DNA of 64,000 bases, taken from Paludibacteraceae bacterium (GTDB taxonomy: Bacteria; Bacteroidota; Bacteroidia; Bacteroidales; Paludibacteraceae). The notes beneath the pieces were generated by a model. The model saw nothing but the letters and a program-made list of their open reading frames with translations, was not told the DNA's origin and did no database searches. Each line of letters begins with the position of its first letter. Position 1 is the first letter of the stretch. Location: NCBI GenBank assembly GCA_905233255.1, contig CAJOCN010000004.1, positions 12,868-76,867 of the forward strand, written 5' to 3'. The position numbers were made by a program, and so were the translations under genes. Shown one piece after another: positions 10,312 to 19,719 of the stretch.

Positions 10312-11618
10312 AGATCGCTTTTACTACATTAGGATGCAAACTCAATTTTGCGGAGTCCAGTGCCTTGGGTAAGGCACTCTTGGAGCGTGGTCACACGCGT
10401 GCCAAGCAAGGCGAGGAGGCGGATATATGCGTCATCAACACCTGTTCCGTCACGGACGCTGCGGACCATAAGGACCGCCAGATGATCCATCGCATCCGCC
10501 GCAATAACCCGAAGGCCATTCTCATCGTCACGGGTTGCTACGCCCAGCTCAAGCCCGAAGAAATCGCGCATATAGAGGGTGTTGATTATGTCCTTGGTCA
10601 GAACGAGAAATTCAACCTCCCGGCTTTCATCGATAAACTGGAGGCTAATCAGCAATCAGCAATCAGCAATCAGCAATCAGTAATCCACCTCTCCCCAATC
10701 CGCGAGATAGACGATTTCTACGGGGCATACAGCAAGGACGACCGCACGCGGTGCTTCCTCAAGGTGCAGGACGGCTGTAACTATTTCTGCTCCTATTGCA
10801 CCATTCCTCTGGCGCGCGGCAAGAGCCGTAACCCGTCGATCGAATCACTGGTAGAGGAAGCCAAAGAGGCTATCTCCGGCGGCGCGAAGGAGCTTATCCT
10901 GAGCGGTGTGAATATCGGTGATTTCGGGCGGTCCACCAACGAACATTTCATCGACTTGCTCCGTGCGCTGGACAGTATTGAGGGGGATTTTAGGATCCGT
11001 ATATCCAGTTGCGAACCCAACCTGCTGAGCGACGAGATCATTGATTTCGTAGCTGCCAGCCGCCATTTTGCGCCGCATTTCCATATACCTCTCCAGAGCG
11101 GCAGTAACACCGTTCTCAAGATCATGGGACGGCGTTATACGCGCGAGTTGTTCGCCGAACGCGTGGCGCATATCAAGTCCGTCATGCCGCACGCTTTCAT
11201 CGGCGTGGATTGTATGGTGGGAGTTCGCGGCGAGACAGAAGAGTGCTGGGCGGAGTACGTTGATTTTATCAGTTCGTTGGACGTGAGCCAGTTGCATGTC
11301 TTCACCTATTCGGAGCGCGCGAACACGCGGATGTTAGATATGGATCTGATCGTTGTGCAGCAACGCGAGCGGGAGCGCCGCAGCAAACAGCTCCACGCCA
11401 TCTCGGCGGCGAAGACAGAGGCGTTCTACCGCGCCCATGAGGGCTACGAAGCGACCGTCTTATGGGAGGCAAAGAAAGCCGACGGACTCATGTACGGCTT
11501 CACGGAGAACTACATCAAAGTCTCCTGCCCGTACGATAAGGCTAAAGTGAACACGTTTGAGCGCATAATCGTGCCGCGTCCGGATTCGGCAGACATTCCA
11601 ACCGATACACCGGCGTAG
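10308..11618 (+). CDS. mtaB: tRNA t6A37 methylthiotransferase MtaB
   Basis: TLGCKLN, INTCSVT, FLKVQDGCNYFCSYC radical SAM motif, HIPLQSGS. Confidence 0.93.
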   Translation: MKIAFTTLGCKLNFAESSALGKALLERGHTRAKQGEEADICVINTCSVTDAADHKDRQMIHRIRRNNPKAILIVTGCYAQLKPEEIAHIEGVDYVLGQNEKFNLPAFIDKLEANQQSAISNQQSVIHLSPIREIDDFYGAYSKDDRTRCFLKVQDGCNYFCSYCTIPLARGKSRNPSIESLVEEAKEAISGGAKELILSGVNIGDFGRSTNEHFIDLLRALDSIEGDFRIRISSCEPNLLSDEIIDFVAASRHFAPHFHIPLQSGSNTVLKIMGRRYTRELFAERVAHIKSVMPHAFIGVDCMVGVRGETEECWAEYVDFISSLDVSQLHVFTYSERANTRMLDMDLIVVQQRERERRSKQLHAISAAKTEAFYRAHEGYEATVLWEAKKADGLMYGFTENYIKVSCPYDKAKVNTFERIIVPRPDSADIPTDTPA

Positions 11619-12417
11619 TCTCCAGCAGCTGCGCGATCGTCTCGTACAGCCAATCCATCATTTCCGGGCGGATCTTCAGCCCGCTCACGGAGGCTAAGAT
11701 ATACGGGTACGCCTGTGTCATTCTCAGTTTAGATATCTCATTATGCGGCGCTTGGGCTAACTGCACGAGCGCCGCTACCGGTACACTCTCGTTCTTATAA
11801 CACGGCGTCTTTCCCGACCACGGCGTGCCATAGACCGTCACCTGCCCTGCCTCGTCGATACGCACCGCGGGATTATCATCATTGAGCAGCGTGGCATCCT
11901 CAAACGCCGCTTTCCACTGCTGCGAATGGGTGCTCTTGCCGGTGCCGGAATGACCGAGGAACATATACCCTTTGCCGCCACGTACCGTCACGGACGAATG
12001 GAAAAGAAGTGTCTTTTTCCCCGCTGTAGCAAAGGCGAAAGTAAGCATCGCAGCATTGTCTATCGCAAACCGCGCACTCTCGTCCCGCAGGTACAGCCGG
12101 ACATCCCGCCAATCCCCGCTGCAGACCATTGCACTGACAATCTCGCCCTCGCGGCTCATCGACACCGCAAAAAGCCATTCCTCCTCGCGGCGGTACATCT
12201 CTATGCGCGGCATATCGGCATCCGAACTATCGGTATAGAGGTGCTCCCACCCTTCCGTAGAGGGGATCGGTTCATCACTCGCGTGGATGATGAAGAGCGG
12301 CGTCGAGCCACTCGGTGCTATTCTGAAAGGAGCGTAGTTAGGCAGCCGTTGGAGATATTTCTCTTCGGCCTCAATGCCGAACACATAGCCGGCGACTTGG
12401 TAGTATTGTTTCGTCAT
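11542..12417 (-). CDS. HPr-kinase/PEPCK-like P-loop protein
   Basis: FHSS, GHSGTGKST, LLNDD, VYGTPWSGK. Confidence 0.75.
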   Translation of the reverse strand: MTKQYYQVAGYVFGIEAEEKYLQRLPNYAPFRIAPSGSTPLFIIHASDEPIPSTEGWEHLYTDSSDADMPRIEMYRREEEWLFAVSMSREGEIVSAMVCSGDWRDVRLYLRDESARFAIDNAAMLTFAFATAGKKTLLFHSSVTVRGGKGYMFLGHSGTGKSTHSQQWKAAFEDATLLNDDNPAVRIDEAGQVTVYGTPWSGKTPCYKNESVPVAALVQLAQAPHNEISKLRMTQAYPYILASVSGLKIRPEMMDWLYETIAQLLETTPVYRLECLPNPDAARLCAQTCSL

Positions 12418-12422
12418 AATCG

Positions 12423-15179
12423 TTAGAATTCTTTTACTTTACGTCCGCAGAGGGTGAAGAACGGACAGAACGACGGACACTTGCTCTCCTCGCACTGCGG
12501 GTACTCGGTGGCGGTCATGACCTCCTTGAGTTTCGCTTGCAGCGCCTCGTAGAACTCGCTCGCTACTGAACGGTAGTCATGCACCGTCTCGTTCGCCACG
12601 TCGATAGTCGTCACTATCTCTGTCAGTTTGCGACGGCAGAAGAACAGGTTCGGCTCTATCGGCAGCCCCGTCTTATCGGCTTGCATCACCGCGTGGCTGT
12701 ATATCATCGTCTGTCGCATGTAGCCCTTGTCCTCGCTCGCCATCAGATCATCCCAACCGGCAGACATCTTCTGCGTGTGCGTCAGGTCGTTGTACCCGCC
12801 GGACTTGTAATCCACTACGCGGAGCGCCTCGTTCCCTTCCTCGCCGTATATATCCAGACGGTCGATCGTACCGCCTGTCTGCACTTCGCCCACGCCTTCA
12901 ACCTCCACAGGGAAGTACCGTGGCTGCTCCAAGAGGTATATCTGCAGACCCTTTCTCGCATCCTCGCGGTCGCGCTCCAGAATATTCCGCACATAACCTT
13001 TGATAATCACGTTTTCCGCCACGTGCCGCTCAGGCAGGTAATGATCTTCCGTCTCCTCCGGATAGTCCTCGCGCCACTCGTCGTTCATCGCCTGATACGC
13101 CGCCATGAGCGCATCCTGCATCTTCCCTTCGTCCGTCCGCACCGCCTCGATAGCTTCCGGCGTCACTCTTACCGGAGCGGTGTTGTCGCAGTGCATGAAA
13201 CGAGTGTAGATATACTCCATCGCGTGGTGTACAAACGACCCTATCGTGTTGCTCTCGAACTGTCCGTCCTCTTTGTTCTCCTGCCGTTTCAGCCCCTCTA
13301 TATACTGGTGGTAGAACGATCTCGGGCAGGATATATACGTGTTCAGCGCGCTGGGCGAGAGGCGCAACCTGCCCATTGAGGCGAGCGACTCTTTGCGGGG
13401 CTCGACGGGCGTGTAAGCCTGCACGGTGTTCGGCTCTTGCAGCACGCCGCGCGTCACCTCGAACTCGTCCGAATAGAGGATCTGCATGATAAACCGCGAC
13501 ATGCCTCTGCTGCCGCCTATCGTGTCCGGCTGACCGTACAGCAGCGTTGTGTGACCCGAGCGGCTCAACAGTCTGAAGAAGTTATACGCATAGACCGTGG
13601 CGCGCTCGTCCGGGGTCTGCATGTGGTATGTCTTGCGCAGGTAGAACGGTATAAAACTGGTGTCCGCCTGTCGTTGCGGCAGGATTCCCTCGTCCACGTT
13701 CAGTAGCAGCAGCCTGTCGAAATCCAGCAATCGTGTCTCCAGCACACCCATTACCTGTATATCCGTCACCGGCTCGCCGTGGAAAGGCATGGAGACCGCC
13801 TCCATCGCCCTGCGCATCAGCATCCTTAGCAGTTTGAGTGTGAATGGCACATCGCCTAAACCGGTGGCGAGAATGAGCCGCATTTGGTTGATGATCTTAT
13901 GCACCTGGTATTCGGACTCCAACACCAGTAACTCTCGCCAGGTGAGGTCTTGGCAGTCCTCCGCGGGCTGGTCTGCTGCCGTCTCTTCAAACACCGCTTT
14001 CACCAACTCGTCCATGATCGGAGGTCCGACGACCTCATCGGCTTTGCCGCGCGCCTTGTCGTACAGCCACGCCACCACGCGGGCATAGACTGCCGTGTTA
14101 CGGAGCGGAAAACCCTTGGTGATATTCACCGGTTCGGGCGTTTCCTGTCCCTCTAAGGTGATTGCCGGCAGGGCATAGATCACAGGCTCCAGCATCGTCT
14201 CGTCGCAGATCACCACACCCACTTTCTGGCCCTTCGCCGTATAGTTCTCCTCCAGCCACCGGTGCACGTACTGGGCCTGCGCCTCTTTCGACGCACAGCT
14301 CATCACCCTCACCTGCATCTTACCGTCCCGCGTCTCGTGCTTCCCGTTGTCACCTAAGATGCCGCTGTTCAGTCGGGCGAAGGAGAACGCCTTCGTGTTG
14401 GTCTCAAAATCCCGCACGTAGTCCCAATAGAACTGCGCCTGTCCTTGATCGCGGAGCCGCATCATCAGTTCGCGCTCTACCGGCAGCAGGTAGTTGAAGC
14501 CCACGAAGATATATGTTCTACCCTTGATTTTCTGTTGCGTTTCCTCGTCCTCCCAGTGCTCAATCACGGCTCTCTGCCGCAGCCCCGGATAGCCTTTTTG
14601 CTCCGCCTCCATCTCTGCGCGCAGACCCTTGTATAGCACATACAACTGCCGCCAAAGCTCCTCGTACCGGGCTCTCACGGAGTCCTCGCTGTACGACGTC
14701 TGATCCTCGCGGAAGAGCGCTTTGAGACGCGCCTCCACCTCCTCGTCCAACTGCCATTGCTCCAACTCATGGGCAGCAATCGTGTTGTCAAAGAAATTCG
14801 GCACTTCGGCTGCCGGCATGGACGCATCCACGTTCGTAAAATCGGCTATCATCTGCCGTCCCCAACCGTAGAAGAGGTCAAGCGGCATTGGCTCCTCGCC
14901 ATCGTGCATGGATGCGCAATATAACTTATACAGCCGCAGCACGGTGAACAGCTCGTCCTCCGGATAGAGCGGCGAGAGTTCGTCTTGCAGCTGCGTGAGG
15001 GTCTGTACCTGCGGTGCCCAGACGGCTTGCGCGTGTTGTTCCTGTTGCAGTCGCAGCAACTCATCCTTCAGCACTAATCCCGCACGATGGGACGGCAGCA
15101 CAAGCGTCGTGTGCTGTAACTGTTGCCAATCGATACTCGCCAAGATCGATTCCGCCGTTGTTCTCAAGAAACTATCCAT
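12423..15179 (-). CDS. AddB-like PD-(D/E)XK nuclease family protein
   Basis: LSPSALNTY..CP, GTIDRLD, VVDYKSG, C-terminal Cys cluster (Fe-S staple), LPSHRA. Confidence 0.88.
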   Translation of the reverse strand: MDSFLRTTAESILASIDWQQLQHTTLVLPSHRAGLVLKDELLRLQQEQHAQAVWAPQVQTLTQLQDELSPLYPEDELFTVLRLYKLYCASMHDGEEPMPLDLFYGWGRQMIADFTNVDASMPAAEVPNFFDNTIAAHELEQWQLDEEVEARLKALFREDQTSYSEDSVRARYEELWRQLYVLYKGLRAEMEAEQKGYPGLRQRAVIEHWEDEETQQKIKGRTYIFVGFNYLLPVERELMMRLRDQGQAQFYWDYVRDFETNTKAFSFARLNSGILGDNGKHETRDGKMQVRVMSCASKEAQAQYVHRWLEENYTAKGQKVGVVICDETMLEPVIYALPAITLEGQETPEPVNITKGFPLRNTAVYARVVAWLYDKARGKADEVVGPPIMDELVKAVFEETAADQPAEDCQDLTWRELLVLESEYQVHKIINQMRLILATGLGDVPFTLKLLRMLMRRAMEAVSMPFHGEPVTDIQVMGVLETRLLDFDRLLLLNVDEGILPQRQADTSFIPFYLRKTYHMQTPDERATVYAYNFFRLLSRSGHTTLLYGQPDTIGGSRGMSRFIMQILYSDEFEVTRGVLQEPNTVQAYTPVEPRKESLASMGRLRLSPSALNTYISCPRSFYHQYIEGLKRQENKEDGQFESNTIGSFVHHAMEYIYTRFMHCDNTAPVRVTPEAIEAVRTDEGKMQDALMAAYQAMNDEWREDYPEETEDHYLPERHVAENVIIKGYVRNILERDREDARKGLQIYLLEQPRYFPVEVEGVGEVQTGGTIDRLDIYGEEGNEALRVVDYKSGGYNDLTHTQKMSAGWDDLMASEDKGYMRQTMIYSHAVMQADKTGLPIEPNLFFCRRKLTEIVTTIDVANETVHDYRSVASEFYEALQAKLKEVMTATEYPQCEESKCPSFCPFFTLCGRKVKEF

Positions 15180-18100
15180 GTACTTCTCTCAATTCGTTTT
15201 TACGGGCGAACCACAGATAGCCGTGCACAGGGCTGTAGCCCATGCGCCGCAGCGCCTCCATGTATTCGCGCACTTGGGTCAGGTAATGTTCGTCCCATCC
15301 GCCGAACTTATAATCCAGCACGACGGCTTCGTTCGTCTCGGGGTTGATCATCACGCGGTCGGGACGCAACTCACGGTGATCCATGTATATCGCCTCCTCC
15401 AGCCGCAGTTCCCAGGGTTTGGTAAACCAATCCCGCATCTTCGGACTGCCTTCCCACGCCGAGGAGATCAAGTCTCTCAGTTCCTCTCTTTTCTCTTTGG
15501 AACCGATTTCTCCGCGGGTCTCGAAATCGTCCAGCACTGCCTCCAACTCATCGGCTTTGCGGATATGCGCGAAGATTTCGTGGCAGAGCGTGCCTTCGTC
15601 CATCCGCGCCACGCGCCGGTACGCCTCGTCGCCGTAGTCCGTATATAGCGCACCTTCCTGCGATTGCACGAACCGCACGTGGTCACTGTTCGCCCACAGC
15701 TCCGCCTCTACGGCTTCATTTTCAATTTCTAATTTTTCATTTTTAATTTTTAATTCCCCTCTCTCATACCCTTCCTCGCCGGCGAAATCCAGCAGATACT
15801 TACCCACATGGTTGCACACGCCGCGTTTGCCGTCTTTCTTCACCGAATAAGAGGTGTTTACAAACAGGTTGTCCTCGGCTCTCGTCAGCGCCACGTAGAG
15901 CATATTCAGGTTGTCGATCCGCAGGTTCATCTGTTCCTCCGCGTACTCCGCCGCATAGTCCGAATCCGCCATCTCTGTTCCGTAGAGCACCGGCACATAA
16001 TCACCCCGCTCGTCAATCCGAGGGGACACCTCGCACCACACTTTGGGTTTATGCCGTCCGTCCTCTTTCTCCCAGTGGCAGAAAGGCACGAAGAGCGTCT
16101 GCGCCTGCAGTCCCTTGCTCGCATGAATGGTCATGATCTGAATCGCGTTGGTGGCAGTCACGGGAATCGGTTTGGCGTGCATCGTGTCGTCCCAATAAAC
16201 GAGAAAATCCTCAATCGAACTCCCGTACGTACCCACGTACTCGCGCGTGCGGTCCAATAAGGAGTTGAGATACGCCGTTTCGGTGCCTTTATACTGCCCT
16301 TTCTCGTCCGTCAGCAGTACGCGCATCAACTCACTCACCGCCTCATACAGCGGCGTCTTGGCGTTGATTGTTAATTGTAAATTGTGAATTGTAAATTGTG
16401 CATTGTTCACCATCCTCCCCGCCACTTCATCGCCGTGCACCAGGTATCGCAGCGCCGCGATGATGAGTTGCACGTCTGCCGAAGCGTCGAGTTGGAAACT
16501 GTCGGCCGACACCACAGCCGTCTTCGTCAGCAGCGGGAACTGCTCCTCGTCCAACCCGGCTTTCATGTCGGTAATGGCGACAGCCTCCGACCTAAACCGC
16601 ACCAAGACCATCATATCCTCCGGCCGCACACCTCTCTGCAGCAACGCCTCCATCTGCATAAACATATCCGCCGCCAGTTCATCGTCCTTCGCGTTCGGGA
16701 ACGCCTTGAACCGCACATAGCCGCCTTTGTTGTCCGCTTGGTAAAAACTGTCCAGCTTCTCCGGTTTGTATCCCTCGCCGTATATCCGTTCCGCCAATTT
16801 TCCTAATTCGTCATTCGTAATTCGTAATTCGTCATTCGTAATATAGTCAAACAACGCCAAATTGAACTTCACCACCTCTTCGCGGCTTCGGAAATTCCGC
16901 GTCAGCGAGGTGAACCGCTCATTGATGCTCCCTTTGCCTCTAACCTTTCTACTTTCGTCCTTTAATTCTTCCATAATGTGCCAATCGCCGTTGCGCCAGC
17001 GGTAGATGGACTGTTTGATGTCCCCCACGATCAGCAACGTATTACCTGCGCCGGCGAGCACGTCGCGCAGCAGCTGTTCTATTACGCTCCACTGAAGCCG
17101 GCTCGTGTCCTGAAACTCATCGATCAGCACGTGCTTGTAGCGAATACCTGCTTTCTCCAGAATAAAATCCGCATCTCCGGTCTTCAGCGCTTTGCTCAGC
17201 GTGCTTGCCGTACGGGCGAGCAGCGCACTGTTCGCTTCCGCCAAGTCGCGCAGGATAATAGCTTGCAGCGACGCCATCAGCTCCTGATCCCTGCTGAACT
17301 TGATCGTCAGGAAGAGTGTGTTGTATGTCTTTGCCAACTCCTCGGCTATCGCCGTTGCCTGCTCCAACCCTTTCGCCTCTAACCCTTCGCCTATAACCTT
17401 TCCCCCTTCGCCCTTTAGTCCGCGGAAACGGTCTTTGGCAGGCACTTTCTCCGGTTTCTCCACAGACCGCCTCAGCCGGTCGTACGCCGCTTTGGAATAG
17501 CGGTTATAACCTTCGTATTGTGCTTTGCATGTGTCCAGGATAGTCTTCAACTCCTCCACTCGCTCGTCGTTCTGCCACTGCCGCTCTACCTGCTCGCGGC
17601 GACGTTGTATCGCCTTGGCGTCAAAGAGGATCTTACCCTCCGCGTCTAACATCTGCACCGACTCGTTGTACAGCTCTTTGACCATCGCCACCAGACTGCC
17701 GCGCACATCCCACTGGCTCTCCTGATCCAACTTGAGTTGCATGTAGTCCTCTAATATCTCCTTGTCCGCCTCCGTCATCTCCGTGCTCAGCAACTCATCC
17801 ACAGCCTTCCTTATCACATGATCCACATCGAGCTCCGTACTCTGCCCTGCCCCGATGCGCAGCACACCCGCCAAACCCGACAGCAGACTCTGCAGAAACG
17901 AGTCTATCGTCTGTACCTGCACGTTGTCATAGTCTAACAGCATTTTTCGGAAACACTCGCCGGCGCGAGCTCGCAGCACACTCTCCGGCGCACCCGCGTC
18001 ACGAACCATGAACGAACGCGCGTACTCCATGAACTCGCTCTCGCCGCCTTCCGCTATTCCGTGAAGGCGACCGATGATACGCTCGCTCATCTCCGCCGTC

Positions 18101-18252
18101 GCTTTGTTCGTAAAAGTGATAGCGAGGATCGAGCGGTAATCCTCACCCGACAACAGCAGACCCACGTAGTACGCCGCCAGCGTGTACGTCTTTCCCGTTC
18201 CCGCCGATGCCCTGCATATCGTCACCGGCTTATGTATATCTATCAGTTGCAT
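15172..18252 (-). CDS. AddA/UvrD-like ATP-dependent helicase-nuclease
   Basis: ASAGTGKT, ITFTNKAT, DEFQDTS, VGDIKQSIYRWR, TIHASKGL, YVALTRA, RPDRV/LDYK; ATG at 18252 just downstream of a TAnnTTTG promoter. Confidence 0.92.
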   Translation of the reverse strand: MQLIDIHKPVTICRASAGTGKTYTLAAYYVGLLLSGEDYRSILAITFTNKATAEMSERIIGRLHGIAEGGESEFMEYARSFMVRDAGAPESVLRARAGECFRKMLLDYDNVQVQTIDSFLQSLLSGLAGVLRIGAGQSTELDVDHVIRKAVDELLSTEMTEADKEILEDYMQLKLDQESQWDVRGSLVAMVKELYNESVQMLDAEGKILFDAKAIQRRREQVERQWQNDERVEELKTILDTCKAQYEGYNRYSKAAYDRLRRSVEKPEKVPAKDRFRGLKGEGGKVIGEGLEAKGLEQATAIAEELAKTYNTLFLTIKFSRDQELMASLQAIILRDLAEANSALLARTASTLSKALKTGDADFILEKAGIRYKHVLIDEFQDTSRLQWSVIEQLLRDVLAGAGNTLLIVGDIKQSIYRWRNGDWHIMEELKDESRKVRGKGSINERFTSLTRNFRSREEVVKFNLALFDYITNDELRITNDELGKLAERIYGEGYKPEKLDSFYQADNKGGYVRFKAFPNAKDDELAADMFMQMEALLQRGVRPEDMMVLVRFRSEAVAITDMKAGLDEEQFPLLTKTAVVSADSFQLDASADVQLIIAALRYLVHGDEVAGRMVNNAQFTIHNLQLTINAKTPLYEAVSELMRVLLTDEKGQYKGTETAYLNSLLDRTREYVGTYGSSIEDFLVYWDDTMHAKPIPVTATNAIQIMTIHASKGLQAQTLFVPFCHWEKEDGRHKPKVWCEVSPRIDERGDYVPVLYGTEMADSDYAAEYAEEQMNLRIDNLNMLYVALTRAEDNLFVNTSYSVKKDGKRGVCNHVGKYLLDFAGEEGYERGELKIKNEKLEIENEAVEAELWANSDHVRFVQSQEGALYTDYGDEAYRRVARMDEGTLCHEIFAHIRKADELEAVLDDFETRGEIGSKEKREELRDLISSAWEGSPKMRDWFTKPWELRLEEAIYMDHRELRPDRVMINPETNEAVVLDYKFGGWDEHYLTQVREYMEALRRMGYSPVHGYLWFARKNELREVHG

Positions 18253-18379
18253 GCCTCTAAACCTTTGCGGCTGCAAAGGTACTATAAATTTTTCAATTAT
18301 GCAAGATTTTCAGCAAAAAATATCGCCTGTGCTTGTACAAGCAATTTTTTTATTATGCCGGATCGACGATTTTGTGCAG

Positions 18380-18434
18380 AATCGCAGATTATTTTGTATA
18401 AAATCGCAGATTTTTCTTGCAAGAATCGGAGATT
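18380..18434. promoter_or_regulatory. Three AATC-N3-GATT palindromes at 22-bp period, just upstream of a TACCTTTG -7 box (18440-18447)
   Basis: AATCGCAGATT at 18380 and 18402; AATCGGAGATT at 18424. Confidence 0.6.
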
Positions 18435-18484
18435 TTCCGTACCTTTGCACCCGAAATCGTTTATACAAACAATAGTATTAGTAT

Positions 18485-18622
18485 ATGGACCTGAATCACA
18501 ACTCCAAAGAAGCACCGATTACCACCGAGGTGTCGAGTGCCGGCAATGTGCAGAAGAAGTACTATACGGCAGACGAAGCTATCGCCTTCCTTGAGCCGCG
18601 TATCCGTGCTATGTTCCAATGA
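18485..18622 (+). CDS. 45-aa small protein, putative antitoxin
   Basis: MDLNHNSKEAPITTEVSSAGNVQKKYYTADEAIAFLEPRIRAMFQ; own promoter; ATGA overlap with the next ORF; not in ORF track. Confidence 0.55.
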   Translation: MDLNHNSKEAPITTEVSSAGNVQKKYYTADEAIAFLEPRIRAMFQ

Positions 18623-18687
18623 AAGAAGTCGTTCACACGCAGCAGGCTCTTTTGCAAATAGGTCATTTATTGGACATTTGTTTATAA
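18619..18687 (+). pseudogene. Truncated ORF resembling the N-terminus of a RelE/ParE-type toxin
   Basis: MKEVVHTQQALLQIGHLLDICL*, translationally coupled to the upstream small ORF. Confidence 0.35.
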
Positions 18688-18716
18688 CCCTCGTCACTCA
18701 CTGACGTTAAACAGGA

Positions 18717-18798
18717 CCAGGTCTGACCTCACCGACAGCGTAAAAAAGCGGTGAATAATTTTATATACAGAGTTTCGGGAACGAGGCTCTGTTTTTTT
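18717..18798 (+). repeat. 82-bp structured direct repeat, copy 1 (AGGTC-T-GACCT palindrome, TCACCG/CGGTGA hairpin, intrinsic terminator)
   Basis: 80/82 identical to 19489-19570; terminator stem AGAGTTTCG-GGAA-CGAGGCTCT followed by a T-run. Confidence 0.95.
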
Positions 18799-18922
18799 GT
18801 GCCTGCTTTTCAGCCCGTAGATGCATCAAAATTTGTAAAAATCAAAAATACTTTCCTATATACTTGCGTATTTCAAAAATTATTTGTAATTTTGCAGCGC
18901 AAAATCATTAAACACGGAATGT

Positions 18923-19225
18923 ATGCCAAAGATTTTTGAATATTTCGGATTTGTCTTTTTCTTTTATTCGAATGAACATGAGCCTATCCATGTGCATGTC
19001 ACCCATAAAGGATGTCAAAGTATTTTTGAACTTATCATGGACAATGGCATTTTAGTAGAGATTCGTGTTCGCGAGAAGGCAGGGGAAGAACCGTTGTCAT
19101 CCAAGGATCAAAAGACAGCCGAGGAATTTATTCGGAAATACAGCAAGAATATAATCACCAAATGGATTAAATTCTTTGTTTTAAGACAGGCAGTAAAGAG
19201 TACAACCATTAAAACCAAATTATAA
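18923..19225 (+). CDS. DUF4160 family protein (putative type II TA toxin)
   Basis: MPKIFEYFGFVFFFYSNEHEPIHVHV signature. Confidence 0.85.
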   Translation: MPKIFEYFGFVFFFYSNEHEPIHVHVTHKGCQSIFELIMDNGILVEIRVREKAGEEPLSSKDQKTAEEFIRKYSKNIITKWIKFFVLRQAVKSTTIKTKL

Positions 19226-19227
19226 CT

Positions 19228-19482
19228 ATGAACAGACTTTATATAATAGGAGCAAAAGATGCGGGTAACTGTACTGTGGATTTGCAGTTTAGCGACCAAA
19301 CGACCCGCCGAGTAGATATAGGTGACTTCATCCGTCGTCACCCTCATCCGCAATATAATAAATATCTTGACCCTCGCCATTTCCGCCGCTTCGAAATTGA
19401 GGACGGTAATATTGTCTGGGGCAAGAATTGGGATTTGGTATTCCCGGTAGAACAGTTACACGCAGGTGTAATTGAAGATTAG
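19228..19482 (+). CDS. DUF2442 family protein (putative cognate antitoxin)
   Basis: LQFSD...VD, YLDP..FRRF.IEDGNIVW..WDL; usual partner of DUF4160. Confidence 0.8.
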   Translation: MNRLYIIGAKDAGNCTVDLQFSDQTTRRVDIGDFIRRHPHPQYNKYLDPRHFRRFEIEDGNIVWGKNWDLVFPVEQLHAGVIED

Positions 19483-19488
19483 TGCTAT

Positions 19489-19570
19489 CCAGGTCTGACC
19501 TCACCGACAGCGTAAAAAAGCGGTGAAAAATTTTATATAAAGAGTTTCGGGAACGAGGCTCTGTTTTTTT
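19489..19570 (+). repeat. 82-bp structured direct repeat, copy 2
   Basis: Starts 7 nt after the DUF2442 stop; 772 bp from copy 1. Confidence 0.95.
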
Positions 19571-19625
19571 TGTTTCGATAAAAATGCAGATTTTTTTTGT
19601 GGATGTCTAAAAATCTTTGATTATA

Positions 19626-19702
19626 TTTGCATATTTGAAAAAAAATCTATAATTTTGCACACTCATTCACTTTGTGGGAGTTTGAAGCAGTAATTTTGCA
19701 GC
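19626..19702 (+). promoter_or_regulatory. Tandem promoters for the WYL gene: canonical (TTTG 19626, TAATTTTG 19650) and a second -7 box (19691) preceded by a palindromic motif
   Basis: 19662-19702 matches 22493-22533 at 36/41 nt. Confidence 0.7.
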
Positions 19703-19719
19703 CGAAAAATTTAACGCAC

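Noticed and set aside
18717..19570. 82-bp repeats as a CRISPR array
   Set aside because: Only two copies, too long, and the 690-bp interval contains genes; no cas genes.
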